Assembly: GCA_013239625.1 (NCBI GenBank)
Contig: MU053557.1
Location: forward strand, 1,929,063 to 1,993,062
Length of the DNA stretch: 64,000 nt
Direction: 5' to 3'
Source: Lama guanicoe
Taxonomy: Eukaryota
Shown here: piece after piece, positions 1-13,334 of the stretch
How the letters are laid out: the number at the start of each line of letters is the position of its first letter
Position numbering within the stretch: the first letter of the stretch is position 1
The notes under the pieces: generated by a model
What the model saw: only the letters and a program-made list of their open reading frames with translations
Database searches by the model: none
What the model was told of the DNA's origin: nothing
Program-made: the position numbers and the translations under genes

Positions 1-1369
1 GTTAAAAAAAAAAAAACAGTAAACAAATTCTGCAATACAGCCCTGACGCTGGCCCAGTTAAGCTAGCCAAGCAGAGAAACCGAGAGTCACTGGAGGAAGC
101 AGCAAAGGGCAGCAACAGCGCCTTCCGCAAGCTGTGAAGCCAGATTCATTCATTATGCTGACTAGAGGCCGGAGATTGTAATCTCATTAATGATAAGTAC
201 TAAGTATGTTTTTACCTTTGAGTCCGGAGGAACTAGTACAAATGCCTGAAACACAGTAGAAATCCAGTGAAAAATTGCTCAAAAAATTAATGAATGGACA
301 GATGTTGTGCCTTTTGAAAACATGTATTTATTTAAAATGTTTTGAAATTTAAAAAAACTTAAAAAAACATTTTTAAAAGGATACAGCATTCTTTTTATTT
401 TGACCACAGCATCACAATGTTATTTTTAACCTTCTCATTTGTTTCTAAGGCTGAAGGAATTCCTATAGTCAGAGGAGTCTTCATTGACTAGCCTTACCCT
501 AAACTTACCCCTGACACTGCCCACCACACTGGCAATGTCTGTGGTACACAAATCAGAAAGTGGATTTTTTGTGCAAACTTATTTCCACTCATAGGCAAAA
601 ACCTCCAATATGTTTTGCATACAGTAGGTCTTAAGCAGTATTTCTGAGTACAAAGGACAGCAGGTCAAACTCACGGCTCTACCTGACAAACATAGCCACA
701 ATCCAACCATTCTTACCACTTCCTCCTGGAACCACACTGGCCCAGGCCACCACTAGCTGTCACCAGAATTACTGCAGTGGTCTCCTAACTGGCCTCCCAC
801 TTCCACTTTTGCCCTATAGTCTTCTCTCAACACAGCCGTCAGAGTGGCTTATTAACACATGAATCAGATGGTGACCCTCTTCTGCTCAAAACATTTGCAT
901 CAGTTGGCAACCAGCAACCACTCTAGGTATTTCAAAGAGAGGGAATATATATTATAGGGAATTGCTGACAAAGCTTAGTAACTGCAGGGAGCCACCACCA
1001 CCCCCAGGCTGGAGGAGCAGAAGGAATATGGCGCAACATCAAATCTGCACTCAGACACTGAAGTGACTGTGGCTGGGAGCAAGCTGCCTGAGTTCCCAGC
1101 TGCCCCTGCTGCTAGTGCAGCTGCCACGTGGGGAAGGCTGCCAGGATCCTCATCGGGAAAGACACAGAAGGCTCCTCCCTCCTCCCATCTTCCAGTCCTG
1201 CCAGTACCTCCCAGTGCAGAAACTAACAGGACGCCTGCTCGCGAGGAACTCTGGGAAGTGTAGTTTTTGCAGGTGTCCTGCCCCAGCAGTGAGAGGAAGG
1301 GGTTGAAGGAGAGTGTGAGGGGGTTCAGAAAACAGACCCCATCCAGAGCAGCACCTCACTCACAGTAAC

Positions 1370-1925
1370 ACCCTCTCTTCCAGTGGTTTCAGAGGAAGGC
1401 CCCCTAGCTTGTCTCCCTGCTTGCCCGCCCCACTGACACACACACACACGCTTTCCTTTCTGACCTCCACTTGTCCTCTTGCTCACAGCGCTCCAGCCAC
1501 CTTGGCTTCCTTGCTGCTCTTCAAATATACCACACTCTCCTTCCTGTGCTGTTTCCATGGATTGGAATAATCCTACCCCAGATACCTTCACAACTCACTC
1601 CCTCACCTCCTTTAAGCCTTTATTTAAAGGACACCTTCTCAATGAGGTTTCCCTCAAAATTAATTTAAAATTGCACCCCCTCCCAACTCCCCACCCCTGC
1701 ATCCAGAAGGATTTTTTTTGTGTTAAAGCATTTATCATTTTCTAACACACTGTACATTATATACATACATAGATACTTTTATCAGATATATGTTTTATTC
1801 TGTATTGTATACATATTTTTAGTTGTCTCTAAATAAATATATTTTAGTTGTCAATATCCCCCTACCAAAATGTAAGCTCCAGATTTGCAGTCCTCAATAA
1901 ATACTTGTTGATGGAATAAATAAAC
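1370..1925 (+). mobile_element. L2 LINE 3' fragment (ancient, degenerate)
   Basis: Resembles the L2 3' region and ends in the typical terminus CTCAATAAATACTTGTTGATGGAATAAAT; boundaries approximate. Confidence 0.55.
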
Positions 1926-3372
1926 GTAATCATTAGTAGATGTGTTTATAATGAGACGAAAAGTATTAAAGGGTAAGGAAAATAAGCCAACAAGCTCACA
2001 CCTCTTCCTCTGGGAAACCTCTCTAACCCCACTTGGGCTACGCTAGGTGCCCCTTCTACATGGTCCAAATGCTCCCTGTAATTCCCCGCTCCCAGAACTT
2101 GTCAAACTATATTGTAAATATCTGTCTGTATAGCTGTAACTCTCATGAGATAGCAAAGGGCGGTACCCATCTGGGTAACACTGCACATCGTGAACCTGGC
2201 AATGCTGTCCTGCACATCCAACCAACAGATTCTGCTGTCGAGAGTTCGTGTTAAAAAGCAGAAGACTACTTAAGGTTTCTTGACATCGTTCCTTTCTGCG
2301 GTATCCTGGAAAGACAGAAGAGTCCACAGCTATGAGAAAACATAAACAGAGTCAGGAAATAGTTAAGAACAGGAAGCAAAGAATGTTGGCGAACAATAGT
2401 TCCATTGTTCTGGCTAAGAGGGAATAAGCAAAATGATTGTGATTTCAAAAAATATTTTAATCTTTTTATTGGAAGTATTTATGTTGCCTGAAAATCACTC
2501 CACTCTTAAATTATTTTAATAGTCGAATATCAGAGAATAACAAACAAATCTTGACAAAATTAAGTTATGAAAATCAAAATAATTACCATAGAAAAGCAAC
2601 GCGTCTCAACAGATAGATTTTACAGTATTATTCTCAAGGGATATGGGAGTGACTGGGAGGGCTACAAAAGTTCATTAGCAAAAGTATTTTTCTAATTTTA
2701 CAAACAAATTTAAGAGGAAAAATCATCTGACCTGTGTATTCAGTAGAAATAGTATATATAGTCAGTAGAAACTTAATTGCTAAAAATCAGCCTTTCTTAG
2801 TTTTTCTTCTAGAAATTTCCAATAGATATTTATAAAATACCTGCTGTCCTTTATGAAGACATCGTGGCTGTTAACTTAGCCTTAAAATAGATTTATTTAT
2901 TTGGTAATAACTTGGGGGCTGGAAGAAATCATATCACACACACTCATGTATTTAAGCACCAAATTTATCATAAATAGTTTTGACTTGGCTTACAACCTCA
3001 GGAGTTTGGAGGCACACAGAAATGTCTTCTCTCATCTTGTCCTAAGAAGTAGCATTGTTCATTGCCTGCATGCACATTACCCAAGCACATCACACAGGAG
3101 AGACTCAGGACTTTGAAAGAAAGGCAACAGCAAGAAGCACGGACATCCTGCTTTGTTTCCAGTGAGATACTTGAACACAGTCCTGGATGGATCATTTTAG
3201 AGCCAGTTTCCAGTTTCTAATTAAAAAATGCCTCTGCCACTTAGACCCAGAAGGAGATGTTACCAGCCTCGTGAAAAGTCATCAAGCAATGGAGTTTCAC
3301 CAGGGGAGGAAGTGATCGCAGCCACTGCGGCTTCCCTGCCAGGAGAGGGAGGAGGGGGTGGAGGAGGGGCAG

Positions 3373-3378
3373 TTTATT
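3373..3378 (-). terminator. GRXCR2: Candidate GRXCR2 polyadenylation signal AATAAA
   Basis: TTTATT on + at 3373-3378 is the first AATAAA on the minus strand, about 50 nt after the stop codon. Confidence 0.45.
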
Positions 3379-3429
3379 AGAAACGACTTCACGGAGTATG
3401 CGGTAAAAGTGGACATACAAAGCCACGGG

Positions 3430-3612
3430 CTATTGATTGCAAATCTGGCAAGGCTGCAGGCCATTCTCGTTGCAGGCAGGGCACCGCAGGGCCCGATAGG
3501 ACTCCTTAAACCTGTTGGCCAGCATCGAGAACTTGCTGCCGTGGCACAGAGAGCAGGGGGCACTGCCCGACCCTCGGCAGTGAAAACAGCTGTCCTCGGG
3601 AAGCTCCCCTTC
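3430..3612 (-). CDS. GRXCR2: GRXCR2 coding exon 3 (Cys-rich C-terminus, 60 aa + TAG)
   Basis: Translates [12 protein letters not shown]...CSLC...CPAC...CQICNQ* (four CxxC motifs), matching the recalled GRXCR2 C-terminus; acceptor CAG|GAA at 3613/3612; phase 0. Confidence 0.97.
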   Translation of the reverse strand, partial: EGELPEDSCFHCRGSGSAPCSLCHGSKFSMLANRFKESYRALRCPACNENGLQPCQICNQ

Positions 3613-3939
3613 CTGCAAGAGACAGGTCAGGGTTAAGTTACAGCAGCAGTGCAAGGCCATCATTCACACGCAAGTCAAAACAGTATGAGGCGGCCAAAGG
3701 CTGGGGCAGAAGTAGAGGGAAATGATTCCACAAATGCCAAGGAAAGAACTGGCCGGAGGCACAGGATAATCCCCGCATTTTATCAGAGACTTCCCTGCTG
3801 GACCCCTCTAAGACAGCAGCCCCTCCCCCAGGGCATGCACTCCACCAGCTGACATTCATCTCTCATTCCCCTCTGACGTGTTACTCCTGTATGCACTGTG
3901 AGGGCAGGACTTAATGTTCCCCACTGCCAAACACTCACA

Positions 3940-4190
3940 GCGAACACTTGTCCAACGCCTAGGACCTGCCAGGCGCTGTCCTAAGAGTGTTCTCTGTATC
4001 AATGCATCTAATCCTCCCAACATCCCAGTGGATGGTGGAAGTATTACCGTCCCCATGTTACGGATGGGAACATGAAACCCAGAGAAGCTCAGCTGTGCGC
4101 CAGGGGTCGCACAGCTGGAAAAGGCGAAGGCCGGATTGCATCCCAGGCAATCAGATGCCAGAGCTCAAGCTCCCAGTGACAACCAGCAGC
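3940..4190 (-). mobile_element. MIR SINE
   Basis: Reverse-strand MIR core (CCCCATGTTACGGATGGGAACATGAAACCCAGAGAAG...GGTCGCACAGCTGG). Confidence 0.6.
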
Positions 4191-6389
4191 CCCTTGTCAT
4201 AGGTCTCCCATAGCAGGCGCTCAAGGGGGATTGTTTGGTGTGATTGAGAGCCGGAGCGGAGGAATGGATGGACATTACAATCCTTCAGAGCTTAGCCCTG
4301 AATTCCCGCAGCACTCTGTCTGTACTCTGAGAACTGTGAAAAGGCCCAGAGGTTAAGAGCTCTGCTCTGGAGCCGGTAGCCTGGAACTGAAGCCTGCCTC
4401 TAACACCAACTGCGCACCTTGGACGGTTCCCTTCACCTCCCTAAGTCTGTTTCTGTACCTGTGATCTGGGAGCAATACTGCTTATCCTTCTGAGTAGCTG
4501 GAATATTAAACGAGAGTATATGTAAATGCCATAATATATTATCTGGTACATTATAGGTTCTCCACTAAAGTTAGTTTATTTCTAAGCTTTGCGATAAGTC
4601 TCCAGTCCCAGACTCAGCTCCCCACCTCACCTCCCAGGGACACCAGAATCTGCCCATTTGCTATTATCATGCTCTTCCCCTAAGACATCACAAGGAAACT
4701 GGTAATCTTTGCACTCTCGTGCAATGACCATGCACAGATCATGAACCTTCTCAGAAAGAAGTGGCAATGCCACATCGATACTAGATTCATCACAAATTCC
4801 TGTCCATTTCACCTTCTGAACATCTCTCAAATTCATCCTGTTTTCCCCATCCCACAATCACAATCCTAATCCAGACACGTACCAATTCTGGCTTGAATTC
4901 AACCGAGTCCCCTGCCTCTGGTCTTGTGAGATGTTCTCCCCACCAGTGCCAGTCTCATTGTCACCTACAATGGTGCTTGACCCACAGAAAGCACCCAAGA
5001 AATCTTTCAGTGAACACTTGCTCACCAGATAAACTTCAGGTTAGAACCGAATCTCTGTAGCTGATTTACTTCTTTCATCAGATTCTCATCCTTAGGTCTC
5101 TCTCCAGCTGGCTTCCAGGGACCTTTCCCCACTCCCAACCCAGCCGACTCCTAACTGTTCTTGGATGTCAGCTTAGCAGCACTTCCTCCAGGAAGCCTTG
5201 CCGATCCGCACCTCTGGACCAGGTGTTCACGGTGCCTCTACTGCAAGGCAGGTCTCACCCTCCACTGACAATTCCTGCTGACTAGACAGGCAGTGCTCTG
5301 GGCTAGTCCCTTTCCCCATCACCTTCTGGCATCTAACACAGTGCCTGGCACAATATTTGCTGCTCATATACTTGCTGAGAGAATAAACACACAAAACAAT
5401 GATGTCTGGAGAATACCTCCTGTCCTTAAATTCTAGGGACCAACAAGACATCTGGAGCCCACTGGGTGGCTCAACCAGGCAACACAGCCTTCTCTGGTAA
5501 CCTAAGAATAAACATCGTCTCTGAAAAGGAAGGCCTACGTTCTGAAAATAGTTCCATCGTGCTGCAAAGTGCCTGGGAAGGTATTAAATCCTATTCATTC
5601 TAGAGTTAGAGAATGTAAGTGATTATCCAGTTGACAAACTCCCAAATGATGTCCATGTACCCCTTTGTTAATATTTTATTGATTGTGGTCACATTCTAAT
5701 ATATTAACAATGAGGAAATTAATTTTATTCCCTTAAAAATATATATCTGTCAAAATACTCTTAAAGCAAATTGCCATGGTCCATTTTTCTGCCAAATCCA
5801 TCATGTTTTATGTTTTGCCCTTGATCCCACTGAGATTTTAATGATACGTCAATGTTGTCAAAGGAAATACGGTAAAATCCTGCCATAATGCTATACAAGT
5901 GATCCAAAAACTCACTTGCGTAGAACGCCAGGTCAGATATTGAAAGATTACTGAAATGCCCTGCCCTAAAGAAGAATAAACCATCAGTCAAATTTCACCT
6001 CCTGTCACATGATTATTGACGCATTAGAGTTTTCACTGGCGTTTCCATTTTCCGGGGTTACCACCCTTCCTCCCAATACACTCTCAATGTTCTCTTTTTA
6101 ATGATCCGGTTATTTCAACAGGTGTTTACTGAGCCTATACCCCATCTGCATGGTATCAGTGTCTATCGTTCTCAGTATTTTTAAAAATCCTTCTCAGAGA
6201 AGATTAAGCAAGAGCACGCAGAACACAGCTGCACAGCATAGCTTAGGTTCCAGAATCCAACAGATCTACCCGAAGCACCCCTTCCTAGCTCCACGACCAA
6301 GAAAAAGGAACTCAGCCATCCCCGCGGACTCCCAGGCCCGGGTAGCCCTGGAGATGGCAACCAGCACCAACCTAGAGGCTGGTTAGCCA

Positions 6390-6620
6390 GGTGGTGAAGA
6401 TCGTAAGATTGGTAGTCAGGTGGACCTGGGTTTGCCTACTGACTCCAGTCACCTCTGGCAAGTTACTTAACTCCTCTGAGCCTTCGTTTCCCCAGCTGCA
6501 GAACAGGACTACTGATAGCACCCAATTCGCAGAGTCCTTGCGAGAATGAAATGGACTATTGCATGGACAGCACTGGGCATGCTGTCTGGCTATCGGGAAC
6601 TCTCAGAAGCTGGCAGCAAT
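6390..6620 (+). mobile_element. MIR SINE followed by (ATT)n
   Basis: ACCTGGGTTTG...GGCAAGTTACTTAACTCCTCTGAGCCTTCGTTTCCCC core; (ATT)n at ~6619-6653. Confidence 0.65.
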
Positions 6621-7435
6621 TATTATTATTATTTATTATTATTATTATTATTATCAATTACTACCACTACTTTGTTTCAAAGGTAAGAGCACATAAAACA
6701 TAAAGAAGCCCAGATGAATTATGGTCTCAAATCCACTCAATCCAGGGCCAGATTTTTCCCCTTCTACTTTTCACTGGCTCAATTCAATTATTCCTCTCTT
6801 TTTCTTTTATCATTAATACAGAGGTTCAAACACAGCCTAGCTTTTAGCCCTGCTCTGCTCTTTCATCACGGTCCTACTATTCCCCTGTTCCATATAATAC
6901 AACAAAGAGTCTCTTGGTCAGAAGGGGCTCCTTGATCTTCTTTGACCCTCTCTTTTAGAATAAAAGTTGTCTGGGCATTTACTGCATAAAAAATGGGGCA
7001 AACAAATAGCAATTTAAAAGAGACCTTAAAGAACAGGGAAGTCAAGTATAACCTTTCACGGCAACTCTCCGCCGCACACCTCTGTCCTAGTTTACGGCAT
7101 TACAGCTAAGAAACACTGTTCCCTCCAAATTGAATTTAAAGGTAATTGTCATAGCAGATCTGTCGTTGCTTTTTCACTCAGACCTGCAGTGTGACCTGCA
7201 TTTCTGGTCCCCTTCTGAAAATATACGCTCCTACAAGTTACATTAATGGTATGGACAAGAATAGAATTAATGAATTTTAAAGTGGGAAGGTAATGCTTTG
7301 GATCACAATGTTCAGCTGTCTGCTTGCTACTCTGCTAGGTTTGAAGAGTACAGCATAGAAGGCAGAGGCTGATAAAGTCTTGCCAGCTAGTACTTTGGTT
7401 TCAAATTTCAGTATTAATAATAAGTTAAATAAAAA

Positions 7436-8060
7436 CATTTATTTATTGAGCACCTATTATATGCCAGGCTCTACTTTTTGGGGGGGGGGACATTGGAACT
7501 AGTGTGTTACACCTAATGTAAATATGCTCCCTGCCCTTGTAGAAATCAAATCCTAGCAGGTAAGAGCAAACATTAACCAAACAATCGCACAAATAAATGT
7601 CAGATTGCAACTGTGTGGAGGGGGTGTGAGGTGCCCTGAGGGGTCCACCCTCAGGGATGTTATCCTCATGGAAGTCAGGAGAGGCCTCTCTGAGGCAGTG
7701 ATACGGCCACTGAGATGTCAGGGACTAAGGGCAAGGAGGTAGGAAATCTGGAGAATATTCTTGGCACACAGAAGTTGGCTCCAGTAGGAAAGAGCAAAGA
7801 ACACATACATGAGAGGTGGGCAGCTGGGCAGTGTGTCCAGGGCAGAGAGAATGGGGAGAAATGTGTAAGGAGTGAGGCTGAAGAAGCCAGGTCACACAGT
7901 GCTTTCTGGAACAAGTGAGGAGTTTGGGTTTTATCCCAAGTGGTGAGAGGCCACTGAAAGCTTTGGGCAGGGGAAAGGGTGAGGAAAGGGTGGCATGATC
8001 AGATATGCATTTCAAATGCATCTTATCAATTGTGGGAACAGGTTGGAAAGAGACAGGACC
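7436..8060 (-). mobile_element. L2 LINE fragment
   Basis: Starts CATTTATTTATTGAGCACCTATTATATGCCAGGC (reverse L2 terminus); L2-like purine-rich body. Confidence 0.6.
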
Positions 8061-9170
8061 GGTTGCGAACAGAGCTGGAGTCTGGTCATGACCTTCTCGG
8101 TCCACTCCCCTAAACTCTCCCAGGACCAGGACATCACTCAAGTGCGAGGAAGCCCCCACTGTGTTATGCCGACCCACGGGGGAGGCTCAGCTTCAAGCAC
8201 CAAGAGAAAGGCTCTGAAGAGAGAAAATTCCTTTCTGCTGCTATCCAAGCTTTTACTCTCTTGGCTTAAATTCACTGAAACTACTTTTCCCACCCTCAGC
8301 CCCGCGCTGTGAACTGTTGAAACATCATCATCCTTCCCCTCGTCTGAGCACATCTCAGCAATGGTTTCCAAGATGGGGAGTGAATGCACACCTCTGAAAG
8401 GTGTGGGGAGAAAAAGCATTCCAACTGCTTGTAGTTACTTTTTATCCAAAGAAGGCAAGAAATTAAGCTTTAAAAATGTTTTCGAAAGAAGCTGCTATGC
8501 TGACTTTTAATGAACTAGTTGACACTGGCACCCTCACTAGTTCGGGCAGTCACTAGACAAATGTGGGACCCAAGGGACCATGGCGTAAGTGCGATGTAAA
8601 GTGATGTCACTTTACGTAAAGTGACGAGGGTATCCCCATTCAGCCGTTCATTTTCAGCGTATTAGAACATATTGTGGTTAACTAACGCCTGGTCTAGTGG
8701 ATTTACAGATGATTTTGCTTAGTTTCAACTAAACTAATCTCCACAAAATCTAAAGACAAGTAGCGTTCCAAGATTTCTTCAAGGAAACTGTGGCTTCAGG
8801 ATTATCACCAACCATGGGGGCACAAGCGAGCCGCTAAGAAAAGGACAGAGCTCTTTTTCCCATCTCTAGAACAAGCTGTTCTCAGCCACACTGCAAAGTG
8901 AAAACAATACATACCTGATCAGATCCTTGAAAGAAATCATCCAACATAATTTAAATTACGAGTATTTGAAATACGGACTTATAACTATTATGGCTAACCA
9001 CGTACCATTAAAGTATAATAAACTTAAAATTCCTTCACATCTTTAATTCATTCAGACATCTTAAGGATTCCTATTCAAAAGGATTCACTTAAATAGCGCA
9101 CAAGCAAAACCACCTGGAGACCACTGCTGCAGGGCCCGCTCTGAGTGGAGAGTGAACCATTCTGACACAC

Positions 9171-9392
9171 CTGTGGGTACCGGTTATGGGGGAAAGTGCC
9201 TTCCGTCTCTGGCAAAGGCCCGTCACTCTGGTCTCCATAGATTCCTTCTTTGCTCATCAGAGACTCTTCCTCAGCCTCCTCTTCCTTCTGGAGAATCTTC
9301 CTCTTGAAGTCTCTCTTGTCCATTGGAGTTCGAATGATTTTCAGGTTATTTGTGTAGATGATTATCTTTCCAAAATCTATAATAGGCGGGGA
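9171..9392 (-). CDS. GRXCR2: GRXCR2 coding exon 2 (74 aa)
   Basis: TTCTTTAG|TCC acceptor and CAG|GTGTGT donor; translates SPPIIDFGKIIIYTNNLKIIRTPMDKRDF...PHNRYPQ; phase 0 at both ends. Confidence 0.97.
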
Positions 9393-9712
9393 CTAAAGAA
9401 TTGAAGAATGAGCGTGGTGATTGGTCACCAGTCACCAAATCTTGGGCTGCAGAACCTCTCCAGCGTCCCAGGAAACTGAGAAACCATCCAGCACTTGGGA
9501 TCCCATTGCAGCCCAAAGCTGACTCCCTAGTTTCTTTGCTCCCTCTGAACATCCTGAACACCAGCTTCTTTCTTCCTGTTGATAGTCAACAACCAAAGCT
9601 GAACTAGTCATATATCTAGGATGTAGAGCTCTGCAGGACAGGGACCAGAGCTTCTGTTCCTACTACACATCACACGAGCTGGTATAGGGTTGGGTGGGCA
9701 CACTGAGTGCTT

Positions 9713-9868
9713 TTTAATTTGGAGGGGAGATTTTTTTGTTTGTTTTGTTTTTCTTGGGGGGAGGAGGTAATTAGGTTTATTTATTTATTTTAATGGAGGT
9801 ACTGGGGATTGAACCCAGGACTTTGGGCATGTTAAGCATGTACTCTACCACTGAGCTCTACCCTCCCC
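9713..9868 (-). mobile_element. tRNA-derived camelid SINE (Vic-1-like)
   Basis: Pol III A/B-box head (AGCTCAGTGG / GGTTCAATCCC), A-rich tail, TSD CTGAGTGCTT at 9703-9712 and 9871-9880. Confidence 0.85.
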
Positions 9869-9921
9869 TGCTGAGTGCTTAATAAACATAAAGGAATGCT
9901 TTTCAAAAATAAATTTCTCTT

Positions 9922-10020
9922 GAGGGAGGGTAGAGCTCAGTGGTAGAGTGCATGCTTAGCATCTAGGAGGTCCTGGGTTAAATCCCCAGTACTTCAGTTA
10001 AAAAAAAATAAAAATAATAA
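9922..10020 (+). mobile_element. tRNA-derived camelid SINE (Vic-1-like)
   Basis: GGGAGGGTAGAGCTCAGTGGTAGAG...CCCCAGTAC plus A tail; TSD AAAAATAAATTTCTCT at 9905-9920 and 10021-10036. Confidence 0.88.
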
Positions 10021-12724
10021 AAAAATAAATTTCTCTCCAAAATTTTGGCATAAATAATGATAGTAGATACAATTTATTTTTATTTTTATTATTATTATTA
10101 TTATTATTATTAGCATTTATTGTCTGACAGGCAAAATACTAAGCATTTTACAAATATGATCTCACTTCCCTCCCAAATATCCCTATGAGACAGATACTAT
10201 GATTTCTACATTTTACCAATGAGGAGACTGACTCTCATTGGGGTTAACAGGCTTCCAAGTTTACAGAGTTACTGAGGGTTTGTGGCTGGGATTCAAACCC
10301 AAGTCTGTCTCCCTCTAAAGTCCATATTCTTAACACATACAATGAGCTATTCACAAACATTTTTCCCTTGCAAAAATAAGATCATTATATATATATGGGT
10401 ATATATGTGTATGTGTGTGTATACATGTACATATACATGAATATACACACTTGTGTACATGTACACATATATACTTGTTTTTTCATTATTCATACAATAT
10501 GAAAATCTTTTTGTGTCAATAAATACACTTCTATAGCATCATTACTAATAACTTATGTTCCCTTCCATGGATTTACCCTGTGTTACTTACTCGTTTGCTG
10601 AGAAATAATTTGGGCAATACTATAATGCAATAGAGAAGCAGAGGGAGTAAATGTTTAGACATTACTTAACTAAGAGCACATATTTCTTTGCAGAGCTAGG
10701 ATAGCTGGGAGGGGGAGAGGGGAACAACACTGGATCCCAACTCCACTGTTCACTAATTATGAGATTCAGGAAAATCATTTGGGCTCTTGGAACCTCAGTT
10801 TGCTCATGTAAATGGGCTGACATCTAATGGGTGGCCACCAACAAAGACAAACTAGTTATTAAAATATACAAATATTCATACTGGGTGGTAAACAGGATGC
10901 TGTCCTGAGACTCCTGACTGCCTTCTTGTTACCCCAGCCTCTCCTCAGGGAGCCTCTAATGTCCTAAAACCCAGGAATGTAGAAGCTAATGCTTAGGATC
11001 CCAGGTTTTAGGACCCTACCTCAACCCTCCTCTGGCTTCTATACCAATTAGGCAATGTTCCTGTGGTTAAATATTTGGACTCTTTGGTTAAATACTTTGA
11101 TTCTTGTCCCTGAGGCTAAATGTATCGACATCTAGGAGTGGGAGTGTAATGAAGAATATGTAAAACAGTCTGCAGAAGCTGAAGGTACTATGCAAATGAT
11201 GCGCATTGCTACTGTTGCATTAAAAACTGTCCTTTAGCAGGACACATGCAGTCATGCTTCACAGCTAAGTTCCCCAGCGTGAAATAGTTTTCCCTGCTTT
11301 TACAGACCTGTATAAGCCAAATCTATTTAGATGCCACGGTCAAGCAGTCTCCCATTGAAAGCCCTCATGTATTCAGTCACAGCCTGGCTTGAGCGGGACT
11401 TCAAAACTCAGGTCCCCTTCCTTGAAATATCCACGGAGTTTTTGATAATTATTTATAAAGCCACTAACTTCCTACCTGGCCCTGTTTTCTCTCCCTCTCT
11501 TCAAGGGATCATGTGGCAGCTTCCATTTCCTTCTGTTTGATGCAGGCTGGGTTCCTGTTTCACACTCTGGACTATCGGTTTCTGAACATCAGAAGATAAA
11601 GATGGTGGCACTTTTGGAAGGTTCCATTTCCAGTAATAGTCGAAGAGGTTCAGTTACTAGGAAGCTTTTTTTTTTTTTTTCACATGAAGGACTGGTTTTT
11701 CCAAGGCAAATTCTCAATATACTAAAAAAGAATCTGCAGCTATCTGGTCCAACCTCCTCCCTCAAAGCTGGTCAATATCTGAGACTCTCAGATTAGCGAA
11801 TTTATTTTTAATTTACTCCAGAGATGGAGGGTCCCAAATCACCTTGAAGATGTGTTTAAGTTTCACTCACCCTGACAGCCAAATTCTTCCTTGTGTCTAA
11901 GGAAACTCTCTGGGTGTAACTGAAGTTCATGTTATCTGGTTACACCCAATTGCCTGTGAGGAACACTCACTCTTACATGATACAGGGCCAGGATGGAGCC
12001 AGGAATTTTTGCTTCCTTCCATAGCGCCCAGAATGGCAGCTTATGTGATTAAACATTCATAAATACTCTGATGTCAAAAGCAACATGACTGGGGATTGCC
12101 ATTCAAGGACCACAAAACCTCACTGCTCTGTGTTTAAATGCAGATACGCCTTAGCGAGTACTAGAAACTCAGTGGACTTTGGAGGGAGGCAGACATGAGT
12201 CCAAATTATATTCAAATATTATTTGACCGCTGTGTGAGATCAACAAGTTATTTAACCCCAAGGAACTTCTGTTTTTTTTTTCAGTATATAAAAGAGAATT
12301 GTTGTGAAGATAAAATTGCATAATATGTACAAAGTGTATGTTCACTAACATACACTGAACATTTCATTTTTTGCTTCTTTCATTTTTTTATGAACCTTAT
12401 AAAAATGGTTTCAATTCCTTAAAATATCTGATTGTTCATTACCACTTTCTCTATCCATCATGTAAAATTTTAAAAGACTCGATATTTCTTTGATAAGAAC
12501 CTAGCCATTATCACACTGGTAGGTAACATTTACCGAGCATACACAATGTTCCAGGCACAATGCTAAGTCCTTCTTACGTATTATATATTTTTTAACCACC
12601 ACACCAATCTTCATAAGTACTTCTGTAGTCACAAGGGGAAGTGGCTTGCCCAAGCTCACACAGTTAAGTGGGTAAAATGGACAGCGAGCCCAGGTATAAC
12701 TGACATCAGAACCTTGCTTTTTAT

Positions 12725-13215
12725 TATGACTTTATTGTGGCAAAATATACATAACATAAAATTTACCGCTTTAGCCTTTTGTAAGGTACAGTTCAGTGGC
12801 TTTGGTGTGTTCACATTGTTGTGAAACTATCTCCACCACCCATCTCCAGAACTTTTTCTTATTCCCAAACTGAAACTCTGGACCTATTAAACTCCACCTT
12901 CTCCCGTCCCCAGCCCCTGGCAAGCACCGTTCTACTTTCTGTCTCTATAAGTCAATCTGATGCCACTAGGACCTCATATAAGTGGACTCAAACAATCATG
13001 TTTTTAAAAATGGCTTATTTCACTTAGCATACGTCTTCAAGGTTCATCCATGTCGTAGCATGTGTCAGAATTTCCTTCCTTTTAAGGCTGAACAATATTC
13101 TATTGTATGTATGTACCTCATTTTGTTTGCCCACCCATCTATTGGTGGACATTTGAATTGTTTCCACCTGTGGGCAATTGTGCTGCTATGAATACTGGTG
13201 TATAAATATATCTGT
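12725..13215 (-). mobile_element. Old L1M (L1MB-like) 3' end
   Basis: Typical reverse L1M 3'UTR (TTTATTGTGGCAAAATATACATAACATAAAATTTACC...TTTAAGGCTGAACAATATTCTATTGT). Confidence 0.7.
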
Positions 13216-13219
13216 TCAT

Positions 13220-13334
13220 TTTATTTATTTGTTATTAATTTTAGGGGGCAATCAGACTTATTTATTTATTTATTGAGGAGGTACTGGGGAATCGAACCCA
13301 GGACCTCCTGCATACTAAGCATGTGCTCTACCAC
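13220..13334 (-). mobile_element. tRNA-derived camelid SINE (Vic-1-like)
   Basis: Reverse head GGTACTGGGGAATCGAACCCAGGACC...CTACCACTTGAGCT and (TTTA)n tail. Confidence 0.82.

Noticed and set aside
7725..8177. 150-aa minus-strand ORF
   Set aside because: Mostly inside a decayed L2; no recognisable homology.
9922..9995. tRNA-Ala-like genes (this and similar copies)
   Set aside because: A-rich tails, TSDs and diverged stems show these are tRNA-derived SINEs.
10385..10475. Palindromes such as TGTGTACATGTACACA
   Set aside because: Expected by chance in a low-complexity (TA/TG/CA) tract.
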